Assembly (NCBI RefSeq): GCF_001194135.2
Contig: NC_068982.1
Coordinates: 8,604,839 to 8,668,838, forward strand
Length of the DNA stretch: 64,000 nucleotides
Direction of reading: 5' to 3'
DNA from: Octopus bimaculoides
Lineage: Eukaryota
Shown: positions 12,083-25,575 of the stretch, piece by piece
How positions within the stretch are numbered: position 1 is the first letter of the stretch
How the letters are laid out: each line of letters starts with the position of its first letter
The notes under the pieces: model-generated
Databases searched by the model: none
Told to the model about the DNA's origin: nothing
Seen by the model: the letters and a program-made list of their open reading frames with translations, nothing else
Translations under genes and position numbers: made by a program

Positions 12083-13467
12083 TATGTATATATATATATA
12101 TATATATAAATAGAAAATGGAGATATTATTGACGAACAACAATTGATTGGCATTAATTATTATCTAATAATTATTTACAAAAAAACTGCATCCCATCTAA
12201 CAGCAGCTTTTGCTGCCAATGTTTCTTTGGTATCACCATTATTATGCTAAAAGACATTCGTCATAGTTGGTAATAAAGCCGATTTGAATCATGGAGCGTC
12301 ATCACAGTGAAAAATAAATAAATAGAAAGAGGAGTTAAAAAAAGAAGGAACGGTTGAATATGATGACAATCATGTCATGTTGCCTGTGTATCTCCCTAGG
12401 ACGTAAAGTAAATGACTAAACTTAAGAAATTGTATTTGGTGGGATATTCCTATATACGGGAGGTGGGGCATAGGTCGAATAAATAATGATAATAATTATT
12501 ATAATAGCTGTTCACGCAAATAGGATAGGGCAAAGAAGGTGTAAAGATACAATAAAGTGTAATAAAGTGTTAAAATAATAATGATTATTATTAATAATTA
12601 TGTTTGTAGTACTAAGTAATAGTATCTATCATAAAGTGCTTATCGATTAATGTCATTTTCTCTTACTGGTAGGCATTTCAGTCAATCCCCGTATTGCGAA
12701 ATTAACCAGGGCCAAACGCTCGATATAATGGGTCAGAATTTAAAAGCAAAACGCCGGCTACTAAAACTGTTAATACGGAGTAACATAAATAAATGATATG
12801 TGGTGTAAGGGGCCAGAAGTCGCTTAGGAGAATATAAAAATAAACTAAAATAAAATACAATAAAATCAAATAAAGTAAGACTAATAAGATAACATTAAGT
12901 TTTAGAGAATTACCTATTTGGACAATTAGGATTATAGAAGGATAAGGGGTAAGTGGTCTAAAGCCTTTTAAGTCAACAAAATAGAAGTGTAAAATAAATA
13001 AAAATAAAAATTAACCAAAATAACAACGAATCATTTTTTCGTTGGACATTTAAGAGTCAATAAAGTTTAAGTGGGGTGGGTATTAATAGGTTTAAAATGG
13101 TCTCAATTAGAAATTTATGCAGCCACCGTTCAGTCCCTTGATAAATCACCCCGTTCACCTAATCAATGAACTAAGTAATCAATCAATCAGTCAAACAACT
13201 GGTTGGGTGAACAATAAACTAATCAGTCAACCAACTGATCAATTAAACAAGTTGCAATATATATATATATAATTAGTAAAGTAATGAATATAAATTGATA
13301 TACTTGCAAAATATCTGGACAGGTAAATACCTACTAAAATATGCTCATATATACATACACAAATAAATTCATGCATTCATATACATACGTATGCACACAT
13401 ATACATATGTACACTCACATAGATACACATAAACACAAGTACCAACATGCATATATTTTTATGTATG

Positions 13468-13524
<57 letters not shown>

Positions 13525-13537
13525 GTAAGTGCATGTG

Positions 13538-13576
<39 letters not shown>

Positions 13577-13588
13577 ATACATATATAC

Positions 13589-14190
13589 TTAGATGTTGAG
13601 TGAATTGTATCTAGGTATGGGTGGCTTATCTGGTATTCTTTGAAGAAATCTGTCCAGACTCCATTTAAAGGTGATGGGATCCTTTTCCTCTTTGATCACT
13701 TTCGAGACAATGTTAAACAGGGCAGGGCCTGTTGAGGAAAAGAAATTGTGTCGCAGTATACCTATATGTTGTGATCCTGAATTAGGCAGGGGACGTATGG
13801 CTCGTGGTCCCAGCCTTGGATGAACCTTGAAACTAATGTTCAGGTCGTCTGAGCAATGCTGGCGGTATATTCTCCACATCGTACAAATGAGGTACTACTC
13901 GCGGCGGCGCTGGAGAGAGTAGAGTTTCAAGGCTTTAAGGCGGTCTCAATAATCGAGATCAGTCTTGCCTTCAATTCGTTTAGTGAGTGCGTTCTGGAGT
14001 GATTCAATTTTCGAGATGTTTTGTTTTGTATGGGGAGAGCACAAGGGGCAGCAGTATTCGAGGTGTGGCCGTACAAAGGAGGAGAAAAGTGGAATGATGA
14101 CACCTTGTTCTCTGGACCGGAAGGTTCTTAAGATCCAGGTGCTCATCCTATAAGCTATATCAACCTTATTGTTGATGTGGACACTCCAAC
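13589..14190 (-). mobile_element. CR1-like LINE 3' fragment (C-terminal end of ORF2)
   Basis: LRTFRSRE..LFSSFVRPHLEYCCPLCSPH..IESLQ..TKRI..LDY*DRLKALKLYSLQRRRE..SLDRFLQRIPDKP is the typical CR1 ORF2 C-terminus. Confidence 0.9.
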
Positions 14191-14416
14191 TTTCTAGAAG
14201 TATATAGATAAAATTGAGGTAACCGTCATCAACGAAACTGAGACTATAATGAAATCAATATATATAAATTCAGCAATCTCTCACAAACGCCGAGCACAAA
14301 TCCTGTGAGATAGACTTCCATTACAATATAAAAGTAAGTTTAATCTGATAGTTATAACGTCAGTATGTTCCACCTCATTGTTTAATGGGTGATAGGTCGA
14401 AAATCTGCATAGTTGG

Positions 14417-14504
<88 letters not shown>

Positions 14505-15351
14505 TATAGGACTTTATTGTTCATTAAAGTCCTATTAGTCAAGCATGACTTCTTTCGAAGCTTCTAATCTCTAAGTTTAGTAATTTAAAAATAGAATTGA
14601 GGAGCTAAGTTAATTTTCTCAACTTCGTCTGTAAACTTCTACAGCGTTGCATTGTAATCCTATTAAAATTTTACTATTTAATTCATTGATTTCACGTTCC
14701 TTTATATATATTTTGATGCTGTTTGCACATTAGGTATCTACAGTACTTCCTGAAATTTTGAAGTAAAGCATTCTTCGTGTCTCTGATATTAAACACACTC
14801 ATAATAGACTCAATGCAGGGAATTTTCCATCAATGATTCCCTAGTCTTCACCTCGACAAACCATTATCATTTCCGATTAGATTGCTAGTTCATGCAAGGC
14901 TAACTTTGATATTGGATAAGCATTTCATTTCATATCAGGTTTGGCTATATATAGAACATGTCATAAAACATCGTACAATTGAAACTAGATAGCAGCGCTG
15001 AACAGAAACAGCAGCTCAGTTTATATCGTATAACAGAAATTACGATGATCGAATCACGAACTAATAGAAATTGCTAATATGAGCCAAAAGAAATTGCCTA
15101 TATCAACTGAAATCAAGAAATATGAACACGTTGGCTTGTAAAAATAGGTAATAGAAGCATTATTATGACATTTATGGTTTGGAACTGCTACTATTATATC
15201 CTGTCGAATATATAACGTCGATGAAAAACAATTAAAAAAATTATACAAGAAATAATTGATAACCATGCTCTTTTAACACAGAGTCATAGATGCAAAGATG
15301 CACGCATACAGAGACTTACGTGTGTGTATTCATACAGACATTACAGAGCTG

Positions 15352-15390
<39 letters not shown>

Positions 15391-15439
15391 TTACATCTTG
15401 AGTTTCGTTCCTCATAAATTCCAACAAGCTTATGTATAT

Positions 15440-15670
15440 GCATGTATATTCGTTTATTTCTTTTATGCTTTTCAGTCATTTAACCGCAGCCATGCTGGAG
15501 CACTTCCTTTTGTCAAGCAATTCGACCTCAGGATTTATTCTCTGTAAGCTTAGTACTTATACTATCGGTCTCTTTTGTCGAACCGCTACATTACAGGGAC
15601 ATAAACACGCCAACATCGGTTGTGAAGTGATGGTTGGAGGGACAAACACAGACATACAAACACACACACA
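15440..15670 (-). mobile_element. SINE family C, 3' half
   Basis: ttcagtcatttaaccgcagccatgctggagcac..cgaaccgctac..aacacgccaacatcggttgtgaag matches other family C 3' halves. Confidence 0.8.
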
Positions 15671-15707
15671 CATATATATATATGTATATATATATATATA
15701 TGTGTAT

Positions 15708-15752
<45 letters not shown>

Positions 15753-17456
15753 NNNNNNNNNNNNNNNNNNNNNNNNNNNNNNNNNNNNNNNNNNNNNNNN
15801 NNNNNNNNNNNNNNNNNNNNNNNNNNNNNNNNNNNNNNNNNNNNNNNNNNNNNNNNNNNNATAATAAATATATTTTATGGAATAAATTATGGATTTTTCC
15901 CTTACGAGGTTTTTTCACGCTAGCTACTTGATAAATTCTTATAAAAGACTTTATCCTATTATTGAATTAAATATATAACCAGAATATATTCAGTGCTGAA
16001 TTTTATTCTGAAAAGAAACACATGTACCGAGATGCAATTCGAAAAAGTCCGCCTCTTACATAGATATATTGGGATAAACAATATTCTATGTACTATGCTG
16101 AATACATGAAGTGTTCGTCTGGTATGTTCATTTTTTTTGTTTATTTTTATGTGTCTTGACCATATTATACTGACGAGTAAAAGGTGCATATTACTGCAAT
16201 AATTACGAAATCATGATCCATAGTTAAGTCTGTTTTTAGCTTTGAGAGTTGCGTTTCGGTAAATATGTGTTTATTATGGTAGTTCGACCTTAGAGTCCCT
16301 CTTAGCGCGAGGCATTCATGTATAGTAATGCCCTTATATCAATAAATATATTTTAGAGAATAAATGATGGATTTTTCCCTTACGAGGTTTTTTCACGCTA
16401 GCTACTTGATAAATTCTTATAAAAGACTTTATCCTATTATTGAATTATATATATATTTATATATATATATATTCAGGGAAACCGAGTAAGTACACAGACT
16501 TGGTTTCATGCTAAAGGAAGACGTGAAATGGCTCTAAACTACCTTTATTATCACAAACAACACGCGCCGAAATCGGAGGTTCAGTTACAAATCAATTGAT
16601 TTCATAATTACGGGGAAATTCCCATTTACCATCGTCAGGGTAATATAACCCAATGCGCATAAATACGAACAATTATATGTACCACGGGAGCAGAAAAGAT
16701 TCACAGCGCAAAACAATTGTTCATAATTATATACAAACTAAAATTCAAAACTCCAATTTGTTTATCTCGGCCATGTGTGAATAACCAAATATTTCAGGAG
16801 TGAATAATTTTGGCTTAGGTGAAATTATATATATTTTAATATATTTCAAAATTCAGGATAAAATCTATATATTATTTTATCAGGTAGTTTAGTTAAAACT
16901 AATAAATTTATATCCAGGCGAATAAACACACATATATATTATAGATGTCTATCTGAAATTTAGTCTTATGTCTGTCTGTATGTATGCATGTATGTCTGTA
17001 TATGTGTGTGTAGATGTGTGGTGGCTTACAAGAGAAGAGAAGGCCGACATTAACCGAAGAGTATATGTGCCTATGTGTAGGCACACGGCAAACGTGTGGT
17101 TGTGGGTGTACATGTGCGTGACTGCCTGTATGTATGTATGTGTGTGTGTGTGTTTGTGAGAGTGTGTGCATTGTTCATCCGTAATCGATTTAAGTGTTCG
17201 GCATTTCTTTTCCACGGTCAGTCCGATCTCAGATCCGCTGGGGTTTTGCTTGTCATACCGTAAAGATTTATGGGTGTAGTTCCTTATGTATGAACGGGAA
17301 GGGGGAAAACGGGTGGTGTGTGAGTGTGCGGTGTAGCGTGCATGTATGTGTGGTTGAGTCGGTTCTGTTAGTAAGTATATATGTTCGTGTATGTGTGTGC
17401 GAATATGCGAGTATTTGCCCATATGTGCGCGTTCCAGTATGTATGTGCGTTACGAT

Positions 17457-17491
<35 letters not shown>

Positions 17492-18307
17492 TGTTTGTGT
17501 GAGCGCAACTGCGTGGACATCCGGTGTAATCAAATTTTGAATAGGTAAACTTTTGTATGGTTGTCTGTGTGTCCGCATTCTTGTGCTTCCGCGTACGTGT
17601 GTGTGTGTATGTGCGTATGTGAGCGTGAGCGCTGTGCATTGCTGTATGTGTGCATATGTGTGGTGTGTGTGTGCGTTGATGTGTGTACAGTTCTTCATTC
17701 TCGGGTTCTTGTGTGTGTGTAATCATGTGTGCATGCACGTCTGCGCGTGCACATTGTCGTGTATTGGAAGTGTCCATAATTACATGCATTATATTGTATG
17801 GTGTTTTAAGATTATCACTACACATCTTCCATAGAAATTATAAGCAGCAGATATTTTCTTACGACGTATTGCATCCGAGACGCCTGTTAGAAACAACAAC
17901 CAAAAATGGTTAAAAGGCATATATGCCATACTTCAGGAGTTTTGCTCCTTCATCAACACCTATCCAACCCGTTAATCATCCACGTGCTCATTGCTTAATT
18001 AGCCGCCAAATATGGTGGTGTAACGCTATTCAATATACTAATTTTACATCTTAAGCACAGTCCTGGAAGCTGGTGCGTCAATAGAAATGACTGCAGAAAC
18101 GCCATATTTCTCTTAATGCAACAATAATAGTACACAGAACATATTCAACGTTTTTATGAACTTATAAAACCGTTTAATATACTTTGTATCATATCATGTT
18201 TGCATAACGAAATACGGGGTCCCTACAAGTCATTATCATTTGTATGGATTTCCTTGCACCTTCTTGTTCTAATCCTACCTCGTATGTACATACATCACAT
18301 GACCACT

Positions 18308-18343
<36 letters not shown>

Positions 18344-18658
18344 TTTAAGCGTAGTAATAATACCTAATGTTATTTTCTATTCTTTCTATTCAGTATTAGC
18401 AATGTCGCATTTATGAGAAGAGACTCCCGTATATATCATAGCGATGGATCTCTCAAGTGTTCAGATATGTTATCGATGCTAATTCGATTCATCAAGGACT
18501 TAGACACACAATCAACCGATTGATTGTGTAAACAATATATTACGCAAACGATCGATTAGTTACTAGGCTAGATATTTAACCAAGTGACTACCAACGAAGA
18601 AGTGATATTGAACCAGTACGTGTGTTTGTTATTATTGGCGTAATGACCCTCCAAGTCG

Positions 18659-18709
<51 letters not shown>

Positions 18710-19229
18710 GCACATACATATAGTGATGGGACGCGTGTATGTGAGTGTGTAACACAGACATTCCATTTGACTACGAACTTACAAAAATGACTTTTGTTCG
18801 TTCATGTTACACATATATCACCAACGAAGTTAAGAATATAAAATGGAAGTTTCAGGAGGGGTTGTTGCATAATCGCTTAACTATTTTAAATAAATCGCCA
18901 ATAAAATACTCTAAACGTAAGCCATGTTGGTCGTTTGATCAAAGCTTCGGCGATTAATGCCAAAATAAAGCAATTACCTATATATTTGTTTCCATTAGTC
19001 GCTCGAATTAGTCTCTGCCTGATAAAATAAACTAGTTTTAAAACTGTAAAATCTATTTAGGTAAATTTATTTTACTGATAACTGAGATCTAGAAAAAGTG
19101 ATGTGTCCACGGCTGTCAAGAATTAGCGAGAGCTCCGATAGTATACAATCTCAGTTTTTTTGATATTGTATGTACAGAGAATGAACACTGTTCTATGCAT
19201 AAGGCGTACATACATTCATACGTGTATAT

Positions 19230-19272
<43 letters not shown>

Positions 19273-20937
19273 AATTAAAATGAATGAACTATGATAGTTC
19301 GATGCATGCTACAAATGTTTCGATAGCATTGTAATTAATGCTTTACCGGTGTATTACGGAATCGGAAATCACCTGCCGTTTTATTGGGCATTTTCAACTA
19401 TCGGTAGAATAACCGAACTGCATATTTATGTATATGTATGAACATTTAAGTGGATGTTAACGTATGATCCTTCGATGAACCATTCTGCCTGTTTATGAAA
19501 TTAGCGACATGGGACACTATTCAACTGGTATATTTTCTCTTAGCCTAATTTATTGGTGGAATTAATGTTACATTGTCACAAGATTGAATTATAAGTACGG
19601 TTCTGAACAGTTTCTGTCCGGTCAATTTCACTTACAATACTTGGTATTACACGAAGCAATTCTTGTGGTATTTGCTTGAAATGCCAAGCAGTAAATTAAA
19701 CATGGATTCTCAATGATTATGAAGTGAAACACTTAACCACTCAAGCCTTGCGCCTATACAACCCACATTCCCCCATATAAATATATGTGTATGTATCTAT
19801 ATATGTGTGTGCGCGTGTACTTGCGTGTGTGTGTGTATATGTGTATATGTACATGTGTATGTGTCCGTGTATTTATGTGCGTGTGTGTTATGTGTGTACG
19901 TGAGCTGTATGGCTGTGAGACATGAAGTCGATGTTATAAGACACCAAATGCCAGTAAATTTAATGTCCGTATAAGATTCTGTCAATACTGCTTATGCATT
20001 CTGAAACCATCCACGTTACCAATGCCAATAGGACAATTGTAAACTGTACACGCATCAACTGAGACAGCACGGATATACAAAATTCATTTCTGACTCGCAG
20101 CTCCCTGGAACGATCATAGACGACCAGTTACACCATGGTCAGTGTTTACCTGGACATCCACAACAATTACTGAAAGACCTGCCACGTCAAAGAACATAAG
20201 AGAAATGCTTTAAAAAGGGAGACAATCACTATACTTACTGTTCACATTGTCATTGCTATAGTTGTACGGTTTACGTTATACAGGTGCTACCAGGAGAAAC
20301 AAGAAAAGTATTGTGGACATATATTAATACACTGTCTGCAACGGAAATCCCATTTGTCTCCTCTGAAATTGACTTTTACTCGAAAGATAGTAATGTACAA
20401 TCAGAATGCTAGAGCATGACCCCACCACACGCGAACACCCCACACATTTATACAAACACAGAAACGTGTAAACATATACATGCATACACAAACATGTGTT
20501 TGTGTATGCATGTATGTGTATATATGCGTTTTATATATGTACATATGGCTGTTCAACATATACATATGTACACATATGTGTGTATATGTATGCACATATT
20601 GGCGTTCAGTGAAATTATAAACAATGGCACTTGGTTCTTTAGACTTAAAGGACCGGTAACTTCTGGTTGACGAGAGACAACATACTGAAACACCGGTTTC
20701 GTTTGTGCCAGTAAGCCTAGTGTCTTACAAACACATCGGCATCGTAAAAGGGAAGTTATTGTGTGACGTACACAACAAGCGACTGGCTTATTTGCGTTCG
20801 AGTCTTCGGAAACGTATTAAGAAAATACATAATCAAAACATCGTTTCAAATCTCCCTGTACACATTAATATATACATACGTGTATTCTTGCGTATGTGTG
20901 CATGTTTGTGTGCGTGTGTGTGAATGTGTGTGTGTGC

Positions 20938-20977
<40 letters not shown>

Positions 20978-21019
20978 ATATATATATAAAGAAAAAACAA
21001 AAGACGAAAAGAGATGGTG

Positions 21020-21290
21020 TAGAAAACAAACAGATCTACTAGTATAACGCTCGGGGAGTGAAAAAGTCTTTAACGTTTCCAGCCTACGCTCTTCCACAGA
21101 AAGGAACGCAGAAAGAAACAAGGAGAGAAGCAAAGAGAGAGGGGGATAGTGAGAGGGGAGAGCGAGAGAAGGGGGCCAAGGAACTGAAGCGCACCGCCTT
21201 TGTGAGAAGACGTGAAAGATATGCAGCGATATATGTATAGAAGTTCCTAGAAGTTCTATCAACTTTAGAATTGAAATCTTTATAGAACTC
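21020..21290 (-). mobile_element. PLE-LTR-like short repeat containing a hammerhead-like motif
   Basis: Pyrimidine-rich body and motif ctttCTGTGGAagagcgtaggctgGAAACGTTaaag (21067-21102); a related copy lies at 45240-45350. Confidence 0.5.
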
Positions 21291-21311
21291 AATTTAAGGG
21301 ACCGCCTCTCC

Positions 21312-21551
21312 TTTATCTCGTTTCAGTCAATAGACTGCAACCATGCTGAGGCCTTGAAAGATTTTAGTCGAAGTAGTCGACCCCTGTACTTATTTTGTTT
21401 TTAAGCCTCATACTTATTCCATTGGTTTTCTTTTGCTGAACCACTGAGTTACGAGGATGTAAACAAACCAGCACTGGTTATCAAGCGTTGTTGGAGAAAA
21501 AACACAGACACAAATACACACACGCATACAGATGCATAAACACACACACAC

Positions 21552-21609
<58 letters not shown>

Positions 21610-21783
21610 GTATGTACACACAACACGTTCTTGTTTCGGTATCGGTCTATCAAATCCATTTACAAGGCTTTGGTTGGCCTTAGGCTTTAGAAGACACCTG
21701 TCCAAGGTGCAATGCAATGACAGTGAACCCGGAACCAGGTGGTTGGGAAGCAAAAGTTTTATCATATAACCGCGCCTGCGCCT
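21312..21783 (-). mobile_element. Complete tRNA-derived SINE, family C, with internal (TA)/(TG) microsatellite
   Basis: Head aggcgcaggcgcggttatatg..ccgggttcactg (A/B-box-like), central dinucleotide tract and the conserved 3' half. Confidence 0.85.
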
Positions 21784-22239
21784 ATTCAAAAATCTACTCG
21801 ATTTCCCCAGAAATTTGTGAGGTGTACATGTGGAGGTCTCCAAAGAATACATCTGATAAGATTTTTATTCGAGATACCTGGTGAATTCATATAACAGTAT
21901 GAGGCACAGGGAAGAGCAGCTCTGTTCAACTCGCTACTTCATGAGAAGCAATAAGAGAAAAGGAACTCAACCACACAGGAAGCTGATGATGCAGCATGGC
22001 CGCTTTCTGGCTGAAACCATAAAAAATAAACAGACGTTTACACGTAAGTGTGTGTGTATCTGTATTATTTGATTTATATGTTTAACTAATAAACTGTATA
22101 TCTGTGTACCTGTTCGTATGTGTGTGTGTGTGTGTATGTGTGTGCTAATCTCCTAAGAACTAGATAATTTTGTGTGATGACGGCTCTGATTTTCTGTGGG
22201 AGGTTGATAGGAGACGAGATTTCCTTTTGGACAGAGTGG

Positions 22240-22725
22240 AAATCTACAGTTACTCTATCCAGATTAAAAGTTCAGGTTTACACCTGTAATTATTGGGGTG
22301 CTGGGATATGTAACACATTGCCTAAATACCTATCTGGAGAAATTAGGCTTCTCCAAATGAGAAAGGAGAAATCTAATTCAAAGACTACAGATCCAATCCA
22401 TCTCTAGAACTGTAAAAATCTGTAAAACTTTCCAGAAGTGTATCATTTGAATATAGATTAGCATGTCTAGATATGTAACTATATGAATGAGAATACATAC
22501 ATAAAACAAAATGTACGTACATACATACATACATACAGACAGACAGACACATGCAGACAGATACAGACAGACAGATAGTTAGATACAGACAGACAGACAT
22601 GTATGCATGCATACATATATACAAAAGTACCCTGTTGATATTGCTGAAATTCCTGTGAAGGAGCCTTGTATGTAAGTTAGAAACCGGTTCCTTTTCTGCT
22701 GGCATGAAATTTTGAAATAAAACTA
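22240..22725 (+). mobile_element. REL-type non-LTR retrotransposon 3' end (second family) with 3' UTR
   Basis: LQLLYPD*KFRFTPVIIGVLGYVTHCLNTYLEKLGFSK*ERRNLIQRLQIQSISRTVKICKTFQKCII* (stop 22448-22450) shows the P(V/I)IIG.LG motif of REL C-termini. Confidence 0.7.
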
Positions 22726-22899
22726 AACAACGATATACATACATACATACATACATACAACACGAGGTTAAAGAAAGTAAAATCCGCAGAATATTCCGTA
22801 TGCACGGAATCGATAAGCTACAAAGTGTTGGCCTTGGCATTTGTTGACCGTTCTTTGACTTTTTACTAGTTGCAATCTGGTCTATTTATGCTTTAATCC

Positions 22900-23370
22900 G
22901 AAATCGTTAACACATATCTGAAATGTCCCACTTTGCAGTGATATAGACGTCCTCTTGGAACGAAACCTGTCATTGGATGTTGCATCATATTACTCTGATA
23001 AGATCTACTAACGACCACATATCGAAGTCCATCATTGATCAAATCTTCACACGTGACCAATAACTTCACTAGAGTCGGAAAAGAGCTTTTCATGTTTCCT
23101 GACAACTGATGAAAAACATACGCTCATAGAAAATGCAAAGGTTTAAGTTTACTTTTCATCAGAAGATTAACTCCGTACAATGATAACAACATGGAGAAAC
23201 AATACAATGTATCGGTTCTTGACAACCGTTATATTAGGTCCCACTTTGACTGATATGCTTTTGTAATGAAAAGCAACAAATAAATACAAAATACATGACG
23301 CACAAAAGAGAAATTTGCAGATATCAACCTTGTTGCAACAACCGATACAGGCTCTGTGGATTAATATTGA
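22900..23370 (+). mobile_element. Highly degraded RTE-like reverse transcriptase fragment
   Basis: Scattered motifs in RT order across frames: SIIDQIFT, VILGPTL, KFADINLVA. Confidence 0.4.
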
Positions 23371-23984
23371 AGATATCATTCATATTAATAATAATTGTCC
23401 GAAAATATATTCACTGTATTACCACCTATCTATTAAACATGTATAGCAGCCAAAACAGAAAAAAACCCTCCACTTCTTCTAGCTTCTTATCCAGATGGTT
23501 CCATGTTCAATCTTACTACGCGACACAGGATCAAAATAATATTTACCGTAACATATCGTTCATCGCATGTTTGTTCGTGGACTATAAGCAGGAATGAATG
23601 GGGGTTGTGCGCTGATGGATAACAAGTGGACTTCTTAAACGCAGTGCCGTTTCTGTGAAATATTTTTTGCTAAACATTTTATGAAGATGCATATATTTCT
23701 TTCCCTGTAACAATATTTTTGAAAAACGTTTCACGCCACACCAATATGAAGACAAATCAAGCAAAGGCCATACAATTTAAATGTTCTTTAATTCTCATTA
23801 ACTTTGGGAGTTCTTTCATGAATTTAAAAGTTCCCCTGAGAATCAAAAACAAAAACATAAAAAATATTATGAACAGAATCAGCCGCGAAACTCTATAATA
23901 TTCAGAAATACTTGAATTTATAATATGCAACATTATTCATTAAAAATATACAGAATACTAACGACAACCACCACCAAATATAAT

Positions 23985-24160
23985 GATTTCGAACTTTAGC
24001 CAGGGAGAGAGGAGAGAGGTAAGGCGATTACACAAGTCCCAGTTATGTGCTGGTACTTGTTTTAGCGACCCCGAAAGGATGAGAAGCATAGTCCACCTCG
24101 TCAGAATTTGAACTCAAAACGTAAAGTTAGATGAAATGCCGCTAAACATTTTGCCCAATG
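23985..24160 (-). mobile_element. tRNA-derived SINE, family A
   Basis: gaccccgaaaggatga..gaatttgaactcaaaacg..gaaatgccgctaa (B-box GAGTTCAAATTC on the minus strand). Confidence 0.85.
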
Positions 24161-24293
24161 TTTTGCTCTCTTACCACTCTAACAAACATTAAAATAATGA
24201 GAATAAAACATAACACTCAAATTCTAAAGAAATTTCCCTAAGCATCTTTCACGGATTAGCAATGAAGGAATAAGGTTTTAAAAGTATAATAAC

Positions 24294-24458
24294 AATATCC
24301 CTGACGCGGTACCAATGCCTTGCCGCGGTACCAATGCCCTGACGCGGTACCAATGCCAATGCCTTGATGAGGTGACAATGCCCTGACGCGGTACCGTCAA
24401 TGCCTTGATGTAGTACCAATGCTTTGATGCAATACCTTCAAAGCCCTGATGCAGTACC
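24294..24458. repeat. Minisatellite, ~8 diverged copies of 19-bp aatgccctgaYgcRgtacc
   Basis: Directly visible; the unit equals the terminal sequence of the ~530-bp repeat that follows it. Confidence 0.9.
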
Positions 24459-24547
24459 AGGTATTGGCTCTTAAGGCTTCTCATCTTAACTGGTTGGAAG
24501 TGTAACCACGTATATAGTTTTGTCTTGGTATAAATGACGGGCTACCC

Positions 24548-25000
24548 ATGCAAAGATCTCATAATCATCGCAAATGGTCGCTAAGGCGCGCGTGTCCGAG
24601 ATCCTGCTCTCACTGGCAGTTATTACACCTAATGTTCGCCACCTGAAGTCATTGAGCAAGCGAGGTTGCTTCCATGACGACCCCAGGCCGCGTACATTTA
24701 TACTGCCCACTCTGAGCAATACCATGCTGGAAGATGGGAATGTGTGAAAGTAGGAAAGAGAGAGGGAGAGAGAGCTACTTACCAAGGCTTTGTGGGGGAG
24801 TAGGCGTGCCTACTCTGTCGCTCTCATTGGATGTGGGTTATTTTCCCCAACAGTTCCATGTAAAGCCTGATATTGAGGTCCTTTTGAATGTCCGGTACAA
24901 ACTGGAGATATCTAGATTTCAAAATTTTGTAGTCGCTTTGAGTAGTTTTAAGTGTGCCGGTATATTTGTGGTTGGTGTGAGATAATTGGTTTCATTAATA
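24548..25000 (-). mobile_element. Tx1/L1-like LINE fragment: start of ORF2 (APE endonuclease) and probable ORF1 end
   Basis: From ATG 24725: MVLLRVGSINVRGLGSSWKQPRLLNDFRWRTLGVITASESRISDTRALATICDDYEIF (S.NVRGL and ..E motifs of APE endonucleases). Confidence 0.75.
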
Positions 25001-25334
25001 TCCATGTATTTGTGAATGTGTTCTATTAGTTCGTTATTTTTTGTGCTTATAGCCGTGAGATTTATAATGTCTGGTTTATGATCATTTGGTGTAATGCAGT
25101 CCGTCTGGTGTGTATGTAGGCTATGTTATGTATGTGATGGTTGTGGTGGTGGTCGCGGAGATGATGTTATCGTTGCCTGTATGTGTGTGTAGGTGAATTT
25201 ATGCATGGTGTGCTGTTCTTACTGTTCGTTCCCTCCTCTATTTTCTCGTACTTGCTTGTTTTTTCTGGTTATCGCTTGTGCTGTTCCGGTTTTTCGTTCC
25301 TTTGCGTGTGTCCTTGTTTGTCCCCTCTATGTCC

Positions 25335-25575
25335 AGATCAACGGAACAGCTTACTTGTGGAATTAATGTGCTAGTGGCTGAACACTCTATAAACACGTGA
25401 CACAGAATTTGACAAGGCTGGCCATCTGAACTAAAATAACAACTCATTTTTGCTTACTGAATTGACTGGAGCAACATGAAACATACTGTTTAGCTCAAAT
25501 ATAGAAAGCGCCGCTGGGAATCACACTCAAGCTCGTGGATCGAATATCGCAATCACTAAGCTATACGCCTACACC
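25335..25575 (-). mobile_element. SINE family B, degraded
   Basis: gatcaacggaacagc..gtgacacagaatttgacaaggctgg shared with other family B copies. Confidence 0.7.

Noticed and set aside
17170-17310. Possible enhancer (AGATTTATGG Hox/Pbx-like site, ATCGAT) between dinucleotide tracts
   Set aside because: Short motifs are expected by chance; conservation data would be needed.
20239-20286. 48-nt minus-strand segment with a strong acceptor and GTAAGT donor
   Set aside because: Stops in all three frames; it could only be a non-coding exon and there is no evidence of transcription.
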